From IMG/VR virus record IMGVR_UViG_3300028048_002585: a stretch of 29,455 nucleotides of DNA; one strand, written 5' to 3'. The notes under the pieces are model-generated. The model ran no database searches. It worked only from the letters and a program-made list of their open reading frames with translations, and had not been told where the DNA came from. This document shows, in pieces, positions 1-9,723 of this stretch (the stretch's first letter is position 1; each line of letters begins with the position of its first letter). The position numbers were made by a program, and so were the translations under genes. Source of the DNA: an uncultured virus (IMG/VR IMGVR_UViG_3300028048_002585) (lineage: Duplodnaviria > Heunggongvirae > Uroviricota > Caudoviricetes).

Positions 1-514
1 CATAATTCAGATTTCCGTCTGAAGCGAATACTTTCTCGGGCTTGAGATATTTGATATCCTTTTCCTTGGTTCCTGTTCGGATATAGAATTCTTTGGTTTC
101 GGGGTTATATACGACTTTCTGTCCACGGGCATTGTCAAGGGTTTCCGTCTCATATCGCTCTACCTTGTATATTGCCCTATCATATTCTACCGCTCCTTCA
201 TGCTCTGAAAAAGATACTTTATCGATATCAGCCTCTATCCTGAAGCCGTAAAACGAGCCGTCATCATTAACGCCGTATGCCGCAAATACACTGCCGTTAT
301 CTCTGTCCACGTCTACGCCGAATGCGCCGTTTTCAAATGCGTCATTCGTATAATCAGTTATCAGCTGGTCTTTATCGGCAAACCTGTCATAGAATTCAAG
401 GGTTGAAATGTTCCTCTGTTCTATAACGGTATTTCCTCTGCTCAGGGTAACACTTATGGTTCCATCGTGGTTGTTATTCAGTTTAAGGTTTTTATCCGCA
501 TTTTTTTCAACCAT
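1..514 (-). CDS. Partial hypothetical protein downstream of virB4 (runs off the window edge)
   Basis: Not in ORF track. ATG at 514 preceded by SD GAAAGGAGG; frame reads MVEKNADKNLKLNNNHDGTISVTLSRG... and appears open to base 1. Confidence 0.8.
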   Translation of the reverse strand, partial: MVEKNADKNLKLNNNHDGTISVTLSRGNTVIEQRNISTLEFYDRFADKDQLITDYTNDAFENGAFGVDVDRDNGSVFAAYGVNDDGSFYGFRIEADIDKVSFSEHEGAVEYDRAIYKVERYETETLDNARGQKVVYNPETKEFYIRTGTKEKDIKYLKPEKVFASDGNLNY

Positions 515-537
515 AAGTGCCTCCTTTCATGATTTGT

Positions 538-2937
538 TTATTTAGGGGATTTGTTCGTATCCACCAGCTCAAACATCTTCGTTCCTTTAGGTATCTCAAG
601 TGCGAACGGAAGGGTCGTGTCTCCGGTATATATGAGCCCGTGTCCTTTAGGCTGACTCTTACAGTATTTTTCAAGCTGTGCGTCCTGAATCTGGATCAGG
701 TCTGCCATGTTGTTACGGTCCTGTGCTGACATTGATGTCATGAGTACGAAGTTTGTCAAGTTAAGGATATCTCGCGTTGCCGTACTGCCTAACAGATCTT
801 CTACGTTCTGAGTGATTCCCGTGGGCACTCCTTTCCATTTACGGGCTGTTTTCCATATTGTTTTCAGAAAGTTCGCTGACGATTCAAGCTGAAGAAGGAG
901 ATGGAACTCGTCGATATATATCCATGAGTATATACCCTTCCTGCTGTTGCTTATCATTTTACTCCATATATCGTTGAGAGTTATATAAAGTCCCAGAGGC
1001 TTCATTCCCGCTCCGAGTTTAGAGATATCGTATACGACCATTCTTTTATTCGTCGATACGTTGGATCGGTGTGCAAATATATCTGATGTTCCTGTAGCAT
1101 ATATCTCAAGTATGTTTGCTATCTGATCTGCATCAGGACTGTCCTGTCTTCTCAGTTCGTGATAAAGATTGCTGATCGTCGGAGCCGCATCTTTGTCGCA
1201 TGTGATCTCGGGATTTCTCTGGTTCAGTTCTTGTATATGGGCAATATATCCCTGATATATCTTTTTTACACATCTATCGATTATGGATCTGCATCTCGGG
1301 TCGAGTGCTTCTCCTGTGCCGTTCATAATCTCTATCATTCCTATTATGAAATCTGATTTGAGTGCTATTGGGTTATCCTCGCCGTCGGAAGCCAAATCAA
1401 GATCAAGGGGATTTTCAAAGTTCTTTGATGAAGGAGACAGCTCAACTACTTCGCCGCCTACTGCTTCTGCAATTGGGATATATTCCCTCTGGGGATCTAT
1501 GACATATACAACGTCTTTTGTACTTCTTAACAGGATAGACATTATCTCCCATTTCGCTATACCCGATTTTCCGGAGCCTGAGTCTCCGAAAAAGAGTGCA
1601 TTGAAATTTCTGATTAATGCGCTATCATTATGTCTGTCGTAGATAATCATCTGCCCAGATGTCTTATTCATACCATAAAAAGCTCCGTTCTTCTGATGTA
1701 ATTCCTGCGAAGTATAAGGAAGCATGATCGAACAACATTCCGATGTAAGCAGCATCTTTGTGTCAAGCTTGTTTACTGAAAGAGGGAGGCAGGAATTAAG
1801 TCCTTCTTCCTGCTGAAACATCAATACCTGAAATGGGGTATGATGAGGTTTCGATATGGACTTCAGTTGCGTAAGGATTGCCTGCATCTCTTCATTATCC
1901 GATGCAAATACGGTGACTGTAAATGTCAGGAAGAATACACCCTGGTCGCGCTTATCGATATCGTCCATCATTTCCAGTGTCGCTGCTTTATTGGATCTTA
2001 CGTCTTCTGATATATTTGCTGAAGAAAATCCTTCTCTGGCAGCATTTGACTCCTGTTTGGAGATATGAGCATTGAGATTTCTCAGATGGCGCTTAATCAT
2101 GCTTCGAGCTTTGTCACGCTCAACCGGTTCATGGTTAAGGCTTATTATCATTTCTGCATTGATACTGGTCAGATCATGCATGAAATTTGTACTGAGAAAT
2201 GCAGGGACTCTGTCAAAATATAGTGTTCTGCCTATAACATCTCCAAGAAGAAACGTATTTCTTTCGAACATCATTCCTTCAGGAGCAATAGCGGACTTGA
2301 TGCTTCTGCCCTGCTTTGCATTAATGACTGGGTCAAAGTATCCGTTTCCTGCCGGATCTACGGCATTATAAAACATGTCATCCTTTTTGTTCTGGTTATA
2401 AATATGAAACATAACCTTCAGACGTTCCTGCATATCAAGTCTCTTAAGCCCCGCTTTATCGGATATAGCCTGTATATTTGTGTAGAGCGTATTTTCAATC
2501 TCGTTCATGTCGTGCATGGCTGATTCGATATTTGCAGCAGCATGTGTGAACACTATATACTTGCTTTGCTGCAGAGAACCGTTTCCCTGATACAGCTTGT
2601 CAAGAAGGATTCCATTCATTTCCTGACGGTATCCGTTCAGGTTATCGTTCATGATATTGAACCGGATATTGTCCATGGTGTTCTTTCTGTTTGCTTTGTA
2701 GTTATGGACTATAATCTGAAACGGCTCGCTGAAAGAGTTGAGCATCTTCTCATAGCTTCTGAAAATAGCTTTCTGTTCTTTTTCAGGAGCTATGGTGAAA
2801 TTTATATCATCGAGACGGTACATACGTGAATAAAGCCCCTTTTTGAGCTCTATTGTGCCATCGGCATATATCTGCGTAAATGGTATCGAATCAGTAACGC
2901 TGGCTCTTTTCTTTTTTGAAATGTCGAATATACTCAT
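538..2937 (-). CDS. virB4: VirB4-like conjugative transfer ATPase (TraE/PrgJ type)
   Basis: 799 aa, Walker A GDSGSGKS, VIDPQREY motif, Walker B YIDEFH, ARKWKGVPTGITQN motif; overlaps the prgI stop codon. Confidence 0.93.
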   Translation of the reverse strand: MSIFDISKKKRASVTDSIPFTQIYADGTIELKKGLYSRMYRLDDINFTIAPEKEQKAIFRSYEKMLNSFSEPFQIIVHNYKANRKNTMDNIRFNIMNDNLNGYRQEMNGILLDKLYQGNGSLQQSKYIVFTHAAANIESAMHDMNEIENTLYTNIQAISDKAGLKRLDMQERLKVMFHIYNQNKKDDMFYNAVDPAGNGYFDPVINAKQGRSIKSAIAPEGMMFERNTFLLGDVIGRTLYFDRVPAFLSTNFMHDLTSINAEMIISLNHEPVERDKARSMIKRHLRNLNAHISKQESNAAREGFSSANISEDVRSNKAATLEMMDDIDKRDQGVFFLTFTVTVFASDNEEMQAILTQLKSISKPHHTPFQVLMFQQEEGLNSCLPLSVNKLDTKMLLTSECCSIMLPYTSQELHQKNGAFYGMNKTSGQMIIYDRHNDSALIRNFNALFFGDSGSGKSGIAKWEIMSILLRSTKDVVYVIDPQREYIPIAEAVGGEVVELSPSSKNFENPLDLDLASDGEDNPIALKSDFIIGMIEIMNGTGEALDPRCRSIIDRCVKKIYQGYIAHIQELNQRNPEITCDKDAAPTISNLYHELRRQDSPDADQIANILEIYATGTSDIFAHRSNVSTNKRMVVYDISKLGAGMKPLGLYITLNDIWSKMISNSRKGIYSWIYIDEFHLLLQLESSANFLKTIWKTARKWKGVPTGITQNVEDLLGSTATRDILNLTNFVLMTSMSAQDRNNMADLIQIQDAQLEKYCKSQPKGHGLIYTGDTTLPFALEIPKGTKMFELVDTNKSPK

Positions 2938-3311
2938 TATTTGTATCCTTTGATTTTCTTACTGGTCTTGGTTTCTATGTGTTTTACTTTTGGTGTATCG
3001 GGAAGGCATTTGTATAATATATTTTCTTCCGGATATCTTCTTTTTGGATATAAAATACCATTCTTGACTATCAGTATAATGAATTTCTCAAGGTGTTTTC
3101 CCTGTATCTTTACCCATCCGCATGCTATGACTGGATACATAAGAGCTGTCACTATAAGCATACGGACGCTTATATCTATGGGAATACTGAATGCAAGTGG
3201 TATTCCGTATGTACAGCTTATAGCTACGCATATGATCTGACGCAGCGTGAACGGGCCAATCACTATGGGATCAAAATCCTTTATATTCTGTGACATTGGT
3301 ATCTCTAACAT
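2937..3311 (-). CDS. prgI: PrgI family (VirB3-like) membrane protein
   Basis: N-terminal IPMSQNIKDFDPIVIGPFTLRQII matches the PrgI pattern; two hydrophobic segments; directly upstream of virB4. Confidence 0.88.
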   Translation of the reverse strand: MLEIPMSQNIKDFDPIVIGPFTLRQIICVAISCTYGIPLAFSIPIDISVRMLIVTALMYPVIACGWVKIQGKHLEKFIILIVKNGILYPKRRYPEENILYKCLPDTPKVKHIETKTSKKIKGYK

Positions 3312-3326
3312 AAACTACTCCCTTCA

Positions 3327-4334
3327 TCACAATCCAACTCCGAAGGCATCTTTTATCGCTTCTCCGGACATATTTATACCTGATTTCAGTGCCGCCGGGA
3401 GACATAACCATATGAATATAAGCTCCCATATCTTTATCACCATACCTTCGCTGTTAAATGCAGCAATGAGCAGCGTATATGTGGTCATGAGGATCTGTGT
3501 GATGACGCCTATGGATGCAACATGGACATGTGCCGCTATGAATTTGAGTATATATTTCATGCCGGAGCTTCTTGGTCCATCTTCAGCAACATTCGCTATG
3601 GATACAGGCATGAAAATATAACGGACCGTTATATTCATATAAAGGGATATTATAGAGCTGACAATATGAATTCCCATTATGAAGTTTGCGATAGCCAAAG
3701 CCAGCCATGTAATAAGACCTGTGATAGTTCCTGCCATCCAGTCAGATATGGTGGACAGGCTCAGTTCCACATCATTTCCTAATACCAAACTGGATATAAA
3801 TTCATCCATTTCAGCATTGGTTATGGTCTTTTGTTCGTATTTAATGGCATCGAACAGATAATTGGCTACTTTTGTTACCGCATCCATTAATTTATCGTAT
3901 TCGAAAATAAGTATGCATGGTATTGCCAGAGATAAAAACACTCCGACAAACTGTTCAGCTGTTATCTCTCCTTTTTCACATGTCTTTATTATCTTCATCA
4001 TCATGTTAAAGAAACAGATGAGGATTCCTACACTTTTAAAGAATGTGACAAGAGGATTCCATAAGCTGAATTGGAGAACTATATCTTTTACATTTATTCC
4101 GAAATATCTGTCACATATGCCTTGTATGAGCTCACCTTTTAAAAGAGTCTGTATTTTGGGTGCAACCCATGCCGCAAACTGTGAGAATCCAAGAGATTCA
4201 TCACTCGGAACATCTATTTCTTCAGCGAAAACTCTGGAACGGAAATAGATGATGATGCACATGACAATAAGTGACAGCGCCGCTGCCACGACTATTCTTC
4301 TTTTTTTGTAGGATTCGGTTGCTAATCTTTCCAC
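3327..4334 (-). CDS. VirB6/TrbL-like polytopic conjugation membrane protein
   Basis: 335 aa with several hydrophobic helices; ITVRYIFMPVSIA...GMKYILKFIAAHVH resembles the Gram-positive VirB6 pattern; lies between the pilin and prgI. Confidence 0.75.
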   Translation of the reverse strand: MERLATESYKKRRIVVAAALSLIVMCIIIYFRSRVFAEEIDVPSDESLGFSQFAAWVAPKIQTLLKGELIQGICDRYFGINVKDIVLQFSLWNPLVTFFKSVGILICFFNMMMKIIKTCEKGEITAEQFVGVFLSLAIPCILIFEYDKLMDAVTKVANYLFDAIKYEQKTITNAEMDEFISSLVLGNDVELSLSTISDWMAGTITGLITWLALAIANFIMGIHIVSSIISLYMNITVRYIFMPVSIANVAEDGPRSSGMKYILKFIAAHVHVASIGVITQILMTTYTLLIAAFNSEGMVIKIWELIFIWLCLPAALKSGINMSGEAIKDAFGVGL

Positions 4335-4362
4335 TAATGTCTGCCTTTCTCCTCTATAGAGT

Positions 4363-4392
4363 AAAAACCGGCGGATTTGTGCTTCCGCCGGT
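4363..4392 (-). terminator. Intrinsic terminator/attenuator after the pilin gene
   Basis: 9-bp stem ACCGGCGGA/TCCGCCGGT followed by a T-run on the minus strand. Confidence 0.8.
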
Positions 4393-4416
4393 AAATATAT
4401 CAGCTTTCGCAGATAG

Positions 4417-4791
4417 TTAGGATGCTATCCAATTCTCCGGATGGATTTTGTCGATAACCAAAACACCGATGAGAACAAGGAGGATTCCTGTAGCCATCAT
4501 CATGATAGCTTTCTGCTGTGCGGGGCCGTCATCATTTGGCTGTGCGATTGCAAACTTGATGATTCCTACAAGAAGAAAGATTCCTCCGACGATAGAAGTT
4601 ATAACTTTGAGTATCAGTCTGATGGCGTCAAACATTTCTGCTTTTGGATCACCGTCTGCAAATACCCATGGGCAGAGCTTGAAGAACAAGATTGAAAGGG
4701 CGACACCGAGAACGACTATAAGTGCCATTTCAATTTTATCTTCTCTTGTGAGCTTCATTTCCTTGAATTTTGTTTTTACGAGTGCGTACAT
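4417..4791 (-). CDS. VirB2/TrbC (Maff2-like) pilin-like protein
   Basis: 124 aa; leader ending VFA-D, then two hydrophobic helices joined by QPNDDGPAQQKA; sits between virD4 and the virB6-like gene; SD GAAAGGAG. Confidence 0.75.
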   Translation of the reverse strand: MYALVKTKFKEMKLTREDKIEMALIVVLGVALSILFFKLCPWVFADGDPKAEMFDAIRLILKVITSIVGGIFLLVGIIKFAIAQPNDDGPAQQKAIMMMATGILLVLIGVLVIDKIHPENWIAS

Positions 4792-4831
4792 AATATTATT
4801 CTCCTTTCGAAACGCGTATTTATGTGTTCTC

Positions 4832-4856
4832 CTATATATATTATGTATAAATTTTG
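4832..4856 (-). promoter_or_regulatory. Conserved element motif, copy 1 (putative promoter of pilin-virB6-prgI-virB4)
   Basis: Plus strand CTATATATATTATGTATAAATTTTG, 25/25 identical to 10412-10436; about 40 nt upstream of the ATG at 4791. Confidence 0.7.
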
Positions 4857-4891
4857 AGGCTTTATAAAAAAATGCTGGGTTATTGACCTAA

Positions 4892-7252
4892 TCAGAATGA
4901 AATGCTGTCAAATTCAATATCTGTGCCATCCCCAATAAGACCTTCAAGATTGTCCATTACGACAAGGGATTCTATTACTTCCTTTACTTCTTTCTCGGAA
5001 CTTGCCTTTATGGATTCCCTGACAAATTCTGAACCCTTCTTTTCGACTTCTTTAGGTGGGTTAACGACGCGCTCTTTATCAAGGCCTCTGTTGTCCTTAT
5101 ATTCTTCTGCCTTTCGTTTTTCTTCTTCGTTTTTCTTTCTTCTCTGCTTTTCTTCTTGTTCGGTTTCTTTCTGCGGTTTCGGGTAATCTTTTTTCTCTGA
5201 TTTATCGGCAGATTTAGTTTCAGCTGCTATTTTCCATTCTTTGGCTAATATAGTCATTCTTCTTTCGTCAAAGAGGTACCTTGGTGTATCTTTAATATAT
5301 TTCCAATTTTTGTGAAGACTTGCCGGGAATTTTTTACCCATGTATGCGTCAAGAGATTTTGGAAGCACTATACACATATTTTCTTTAAGCTTTCTTATTT
5401 CTGACTGGGACATAAGCTCTACACCCTGCCTGTTGAGGGATGTAGATCCTCCCTGACCTCCATTGAACGTTGATCCCTGTATAACACGGGTTTCTTTGCC
5501 GAGATGGTTGCTGAACCATTCAAACGTTACTTTATCCGCTCCACCTCCGAGATAAACTGTATTGTCGCAGTTTCCGATAATACTTTCCCAGTCTTTTTCA
5601 TAAAGCTTCTGCATCTGATTAAGGGACTGCAGAATAATCGTAACGGATACTTCATATTTTCTGACAGTTGCCACTTTTGTATCAAAGTCAGGGATTGTCG
5701 GAATATTGGCAAACTCATCGAGCATCATTCTAACATGTATAGGAAGTCTTGCTTTGGGATTTCGCTCCACTCTTCCTTTTTTCATCTTGTTAAGATATTT
5801 TTGAGCAAATTCCTCAAGACGCGCATACCCGAGTATGGATCGGTCTTTTCCTTCTACGATATACAGATCTAAGTCTTTATCATACTTGACCTTGGCATCT
5901 TTATATTTTTCAAGAAATTCCGAAGCTTTTTTTGATGCATCACCTACTTCTTCCTCATTTTCAGCTCTGAATGTACGGACAACTTCTCCATCTTCGTTCT
6001 TTACTAGAATCGAATACATGGATGTATTTTCAGCATAACTGTACATTCTCTGAAACAGCTGTGAATACATAAGTGAGGCGAGGAAGTTAAAAGTCTTCTC
6101 ACCAGTAGGAATGATGATAAATAATGCCGTCTTTTCATCTCCGATAGAGTCAAGGTCTATGTCATCCGTATTGGTAAGTTCTGCAACATCCTCAAGGTCG
6201 AATGCCTGAAGTCTTACAGCTACTGATATAAGGATACCTTTGAGGGTACGTCCTGCACCCATCTTAAAATTTCTGTACTGTTTTATGCAGAATCCGTCTG
6301 GATCCAGTTCTTCAATCTGCTGCATCATTACGTCCAGAGGAGACTGAAATGATGCATCGTTTTCATCTACTTCTGCGGCACGCAACAGTTCCATAACCTG
6401 GCTGAAGTTTCTTGTCGATGGCATGCAATAATGATAAAGGTATGCGATAAGTGCGTTGAGCAGTGCCATTTCGGATTTTTCCCAGAATGGATCTCCGCCG
6501 TTTTTTTCCGGAGGAGTAGTAGAATTAATAAGTGTTGTTACCAGTACCTCTATATCCTTATCAGAATGGATATAGTTAAACGGATTATAATGATTTCCTC
6601 TTTCCATATGATCAAGGTTAAAACACTTTACGCGATATCCTTCGTTTTCAAGGAACCATCCATAATCCCTGAAAAGCTCTCCAGATGGATCGGTTATGAT
6701 ATAGTTACAGTTGGCCTGAAGGATATTGGGTCCCACAAATCCGAATGTTTTACCTGCTCCAGAACCTCCTATGACGGCTGTATTTATGTTTCGTCCATTG
6801 TGGTCATTATGATTTGCTATACCCTCGTTATCAAGTGACTGATACATGTCATAGGAAAGAATCATATTGTTCTTGCCATCATGACTGGTGCTTCCGAAGG
6901 GTTCTGTAAAACGTTTATTATAATCTTCCAGATACTTCTGGGTCATGAATTTTGCTGAACCTAACGCTTTGTCGTTGTTGTAATGCTTTCTCATGTTAGC
7001 TGATGTTACAAACATGAGTACAAAGAAGCCTATTACTGCGGGTACCATTATTATTGTGGTTATTGCACCTTCAGGTATGGGGAAGATTGAGCCCGGGCGA
7101 CGGAGAAGATCATAAAAGCCTTCCTTTAATCCTTTGTATAAGCTTAAATCCTGCTCTATCATGACAAGCTTTACATGAATATAGTAAAGTGACAGGATGA
7201 TATATACCACGACTGAACCGGTTATTATTCCTATTTTCAGCTTTTTACTCAT
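4892..7252 (-). CDS. virD4: VirD4/TraG type IV coupling protein
   Basis: Two N-terminal TM segments, GSAKF, Walker A GGSGAGKT, ITDPSGEL, YNPF, DPFWEKSE, Walker B MLDEFAN, ILQSLNQM; charged C-terminal tail. Confidence 0.95.
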   Translation of the reverse strand: MSKKLKIGIITGSVVVYIILSLYYIHVKLVMIEQDLSLYKGLKEGFYDLLRRPGSIFPIPEGAITTIIMVPAVIGFFVLMFVTSANMRKHYNNDKALGSAKFMTQKYLEDYNKRFTEPFGSTSHDGKNNMILSYDMYQSLDNEGIANHNDHNGRNINTAVIGGSGAGKTFGFVGPNILQANCNYIITDPSGELFRDYGWFLENEGYRVKCFNLDHMERGNHYNPFNYIHSDKDIEVLVTTLINSTTPPEKNGGDPFWEKSEMALLNALIAYLYHYCMPSTRNFSQVMELLRAAEVDENDASFQSPLDVMMQQIEELDPDGFCIKQYRNFKMGAGRTLKGILISVAVRLQAFDLEDVAELTNTDDIDLDSIGDEKTALFIIIPTGEKTFNFLASLMYSQLFQRMYSYAENTSMYSILVKNEDGEVVRTFRAENEEEVGDASKKASEFLEKYKDAKVKYDKDLDLYIVEGKDRSILGYARLEEFAQKYLNKMKKGRVERNPKARLPIHVRMMLDEFANIPTIPDFDTKVATVRKYEVSVTIILQSLNQMQKLYEKDWESIIGNCDNTVYLGGGADKVTFEWFSNHLGKETRVIQGSTFNGGQGGSTSLNRQGVELMSQSEIRKLKENMCIVLPKSLDAYMGKKFPASLHKNWKYIKDTPRYLFDERRMTILAKEWKIAAETKSADKSEKKDYPKPQKETEQEEKQRRKKNEEEKRKAEEYKDNRGLDKERVVNPPKEVEKKGSEFVRESIKASSEKEVKEVIESLVVMDNLEGLIGDGTDIEFDSISF

Positions 7253-8682
7253 CGGTCACTCCTTTCAGCCACATCTGGAACATCCGGTGCTCCGTCCCTT
7301 GCAACCTGCAGCTCGCGTTCGCTCCTGATGTCCATTACCTGTCCAGCTACATTTTTCGTTATCTCAATCAGGCCTCTTTCATTTGTTATATTTATGTCGG
7401 CCATTTTGTCTGCGATCCCTATATATTCATTAATGTCAAATTCTTCAGGCGCAGATGAGGTGATGGCATTTATTATCTCAGCGAAATCAAGCTCATCGTA
7501 ACCTCTTGGGATTTCCCTATTGCAGAGCCCCTGTAATACAAGTCCTGCTTCAGATGTAACGTGTCCGACTTTCTGCATTTCCTTTCCATCTATGTTCATA
7601 ATACTGTCGTCTTGAACTTTTCTCATGACAACATTCATTATAGATCTGGCCATTACCATTTCCGTTTGATGTACCTGATGCTCGTCCTGATTATATCCGT
7701 AATCGAGGCTGTCACGCTCGGGACATCCTGTGAGTACATTGATCAGATGATCCATGACCTGATGCGTATCTATGGTAACTGCAGGATTTGTCATCCTGTT
7801 AAGGTACGAATTTTCATAGTCATAATATCCCATAGTATCCATATACAGTTCCGTATCGGGCACGAGTGTCAATTCTCCGCCTCTTATAGCGGCCCTTCCA
7901 TATTCAAACCCTGTTTGCATGATCTTCATGTACTGGTTGGTGCTGCTGACTATGAATATGTCCCTCGTCATTCCCTGCCTTCCGTTCTGGATTACATCTC
8001 TACCAAAGTTGTTATAACGTAACTGGTCGAAACTGAATTTGTTTCGGATCCTGCGTTCATTTACGTCAGCATTGTATCCTTCGGTCATGACGAACATCTC
8101 AAATATGATCCTTGCAAAATTGCTTCCAAGGGCTGTTTTGCGTGCAGGTGCCATGAATCTGTACGTTCCGTCATCCATATGGTCTTCTGCTATTTCAGTC
8201 AGCTGTCCCTTTTCCCTGCATAAGTCTTCCAAAAGACGAAGCTGCTCCTTTGTAAGACCGTTCAACGCAAGCAGTGCCTTGTTTTTGTCGTCATTCATCT
8301 GAACCAGATTAAAGAGCTCTTCTCCCGTAAGCACAGCCATAAAGTTTCCTTTTCTTGTCAGGAGATTTGTGACTGCGGCAACTATCTGCATTTTGTCATC
8401 CGTTCTTACAAGTGCTCCGTACTCTCCGACCGTGTTGCATATAAGCACAAAGGGTATACCCTGCATTAGGAGCTCTATCGATAGATCATCCACTACGTCG
8501 TTCCTGATAAGAAATGATGAAAGTGGCTTATCTTCTTCTATCGCTTCTAGTATGGCTTCGTGCCGAGGAGTCCTTCTCTCTCTCAGATATTCTGACAGCT
8601 GCACGAGAAACTCATCAGTAAGACTTTTATCTTCATTTTTAAATACTTGATCAAACAGATCATTAGATGTAGCAAGTGGCAT
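7249..8682 (-). CDS. Hypothetical protein; N-terminal region weakly PcfB-like
   Basis: 477 aa with a 4-bp overlap with the virD4 start. Position and segment ELLMQGIPFVLI..GEYGALVRTDDKMQIVAAV are reminiscent of PcfB; the product call is tentative. Confidence 0.6.
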   Translation of the reverse strand: MPLATSNDLFDQVFKNEDKSLTDEFLVQLSEYLRERRTPRHEAILEAIEEDKPLSSFLIRNDVVDDLSIELLMQGIPFVLICNTVGEYGALVRTDDKMQIVAAVTNLLTRKGNFMAVLTGEELFNLVQMNDDKNKALLALNGLTKEQLRLLEDLCREKGQLTEIAEDHMDDGTYRFMAPARKTALGSNFARIIFEMFVMTEGYNADVNERRIRNKFSFDQLRYNNFGRDVIQNGRQGMTRDIFIVSSTNQYMKIMQTGFEYGRAAIRGGELTLVPDTELYMDTMGYYDYENSYLNRMTNPAVTIDTHQVMDHLINVLTGCPERDSLDYGYNQDEHQVHQTEMVMARSIMNVVMRKVQDDSIMNIDGKEMQKVGHVTSEAGLVLQGLCNREIPRGYDELDFAEIINAITSSAPEEFDINEYIGIADKMADINITNERGLIEITKNVAGQVMDIRSERELQVARDGAPDVPDVAERSDR

Positions 8683-8694
8683 AAACTGTTCCTC

Positions 8695-9723
8695 TTATCT
8701 AAATTCTATCGGCTGGCGGAGATTGTCATTTATCTGACGGCCTGCAATATGGAGAGCTTCTCTTCCTAAAGCGTCTCCTACCTTGCCGGATACTCTTGCA
8801 AGAACTCCTCCAAACTTTTTCATTCCTATCTCTATATTTGTAACTCCGCTTGTCTCTATAACTGTAGCTAGTTCTTTACCGGAAAGCTGCTGTGTGCTTC
8901 CGGATGCATCCCTCTGATAAAAGTTCAGGGGAGCGGAATGATCCTGGTACGAGTTTTCTTTTTCGTTGTCATCTCTTGCATCTGTGATTATAAGCTTATT
9001 GCCGTCTCTGTCCGAAAGTTCGAACAAAGACCTCTGCATGCCTCTTTCGGCTTTGACGTTGCTTCTGTATGCAAGCCCGATATTGTCGTAAAATTCCCTT
9101 TCTGTAATATCCACCCATTTGATTTTTTCTTCTGTTAGGATATTCCCGTTATTGTCTTTTACGTTTCTTCCGCTTGAATCTTTAATCGGTACTTTGACAA
9201 GCCTTTCCTCATAATAAAGCTTACGTCCATACCGGTCCTTATTGATCCCGAGATTTATCTGTCTGTCGTTGCCTTCCATATCTATATATCTTAATGGCGA
9301 AAGGCGACGCGGCTCGTCCTCTCGATATGCTATTTCATTGAATATTGCATTTGTTTCCCTTTTAAACTCCTCGGAGTATTTTGCTGTGGCGATATTTATA
9401 AACTCAAGTTGTCTGAATGCCTGAAGCATCATGGATGTAGTTCCTTTTGACGCTTTGATATCTCTATATGTCTGTGCAAATCTGACATAATCTGTTCTGG
9501 CTTTTAAGTGTGCCTTACCTCTTTCTCGAAGAGTTAAATAGATTGAAAACTTACTTTCGTTAGGTTGCGTATATCCTTTTTTGAAGTTGTCGATCTTTAA
9601 TTCCTTGTACTTGTCTTTTGTCTCGTGGGCTCTTTCATAAGTCAGATCATTTATAGCTTTGCCGGTCAAAAAACTGTGTCCGTAATCTCTTTCACCTGTT
9701 ACTTTGCTTTTTCTATATGCCAT
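8695..9723 (-). CDS. Hypothetical protein (basic, transfer operon)
   Basis: 342-aa ORF overlapping the upstream gene; SD GAGGAGGT; no recognisable family. Confidence 0.75.
   Translation of the reverse strand: MAYRKSKVTGERDYGHSFLTGKAINDLTYERAHETKDKYKELKIDNFKKGYTQPNESKFSIYLTLRERGKAHLKARTDYVRFAQTYRDIKASKGTTSMMLQAFRQLEFINIATAKYSEEFKRETNAIFNEIAYREDEPRRLSPLRYIDMEGNDRQINLGINKDRYGRKLYYEERLVKVPIKDSSGRNVKDNNGNILTEEKIKWVDITEREFYDNIGLAYRSNVKAERGMQRSLFELSDRDGNKLIITDARDDNEKENSYQDHSAPLNFYQRDASGSTQQLSGKELATVIETSGVTNIEIGMKKFGGVLARVSGKVGDALGREALHIAGRQINDNLRQPIEFR

Noticed and set aside
4832..4851. Element motif as a sporulation sigmaG promoter (CATAATA)
   Set aside because: The -10 resembles it, but no copy has a GNATA-type -35 at 17-18 nt.
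4866..4894. Terminator after virD4
   Set aside because: A T-tract is present, but the stem has mismatches on the transcribed strand; too weak to call.
5750..6025. VirD4 insertion as an intein
   Set aside because: No terminal His-Asn followed by Cys/Ser/Thr, and no recognisable splicing blocks.
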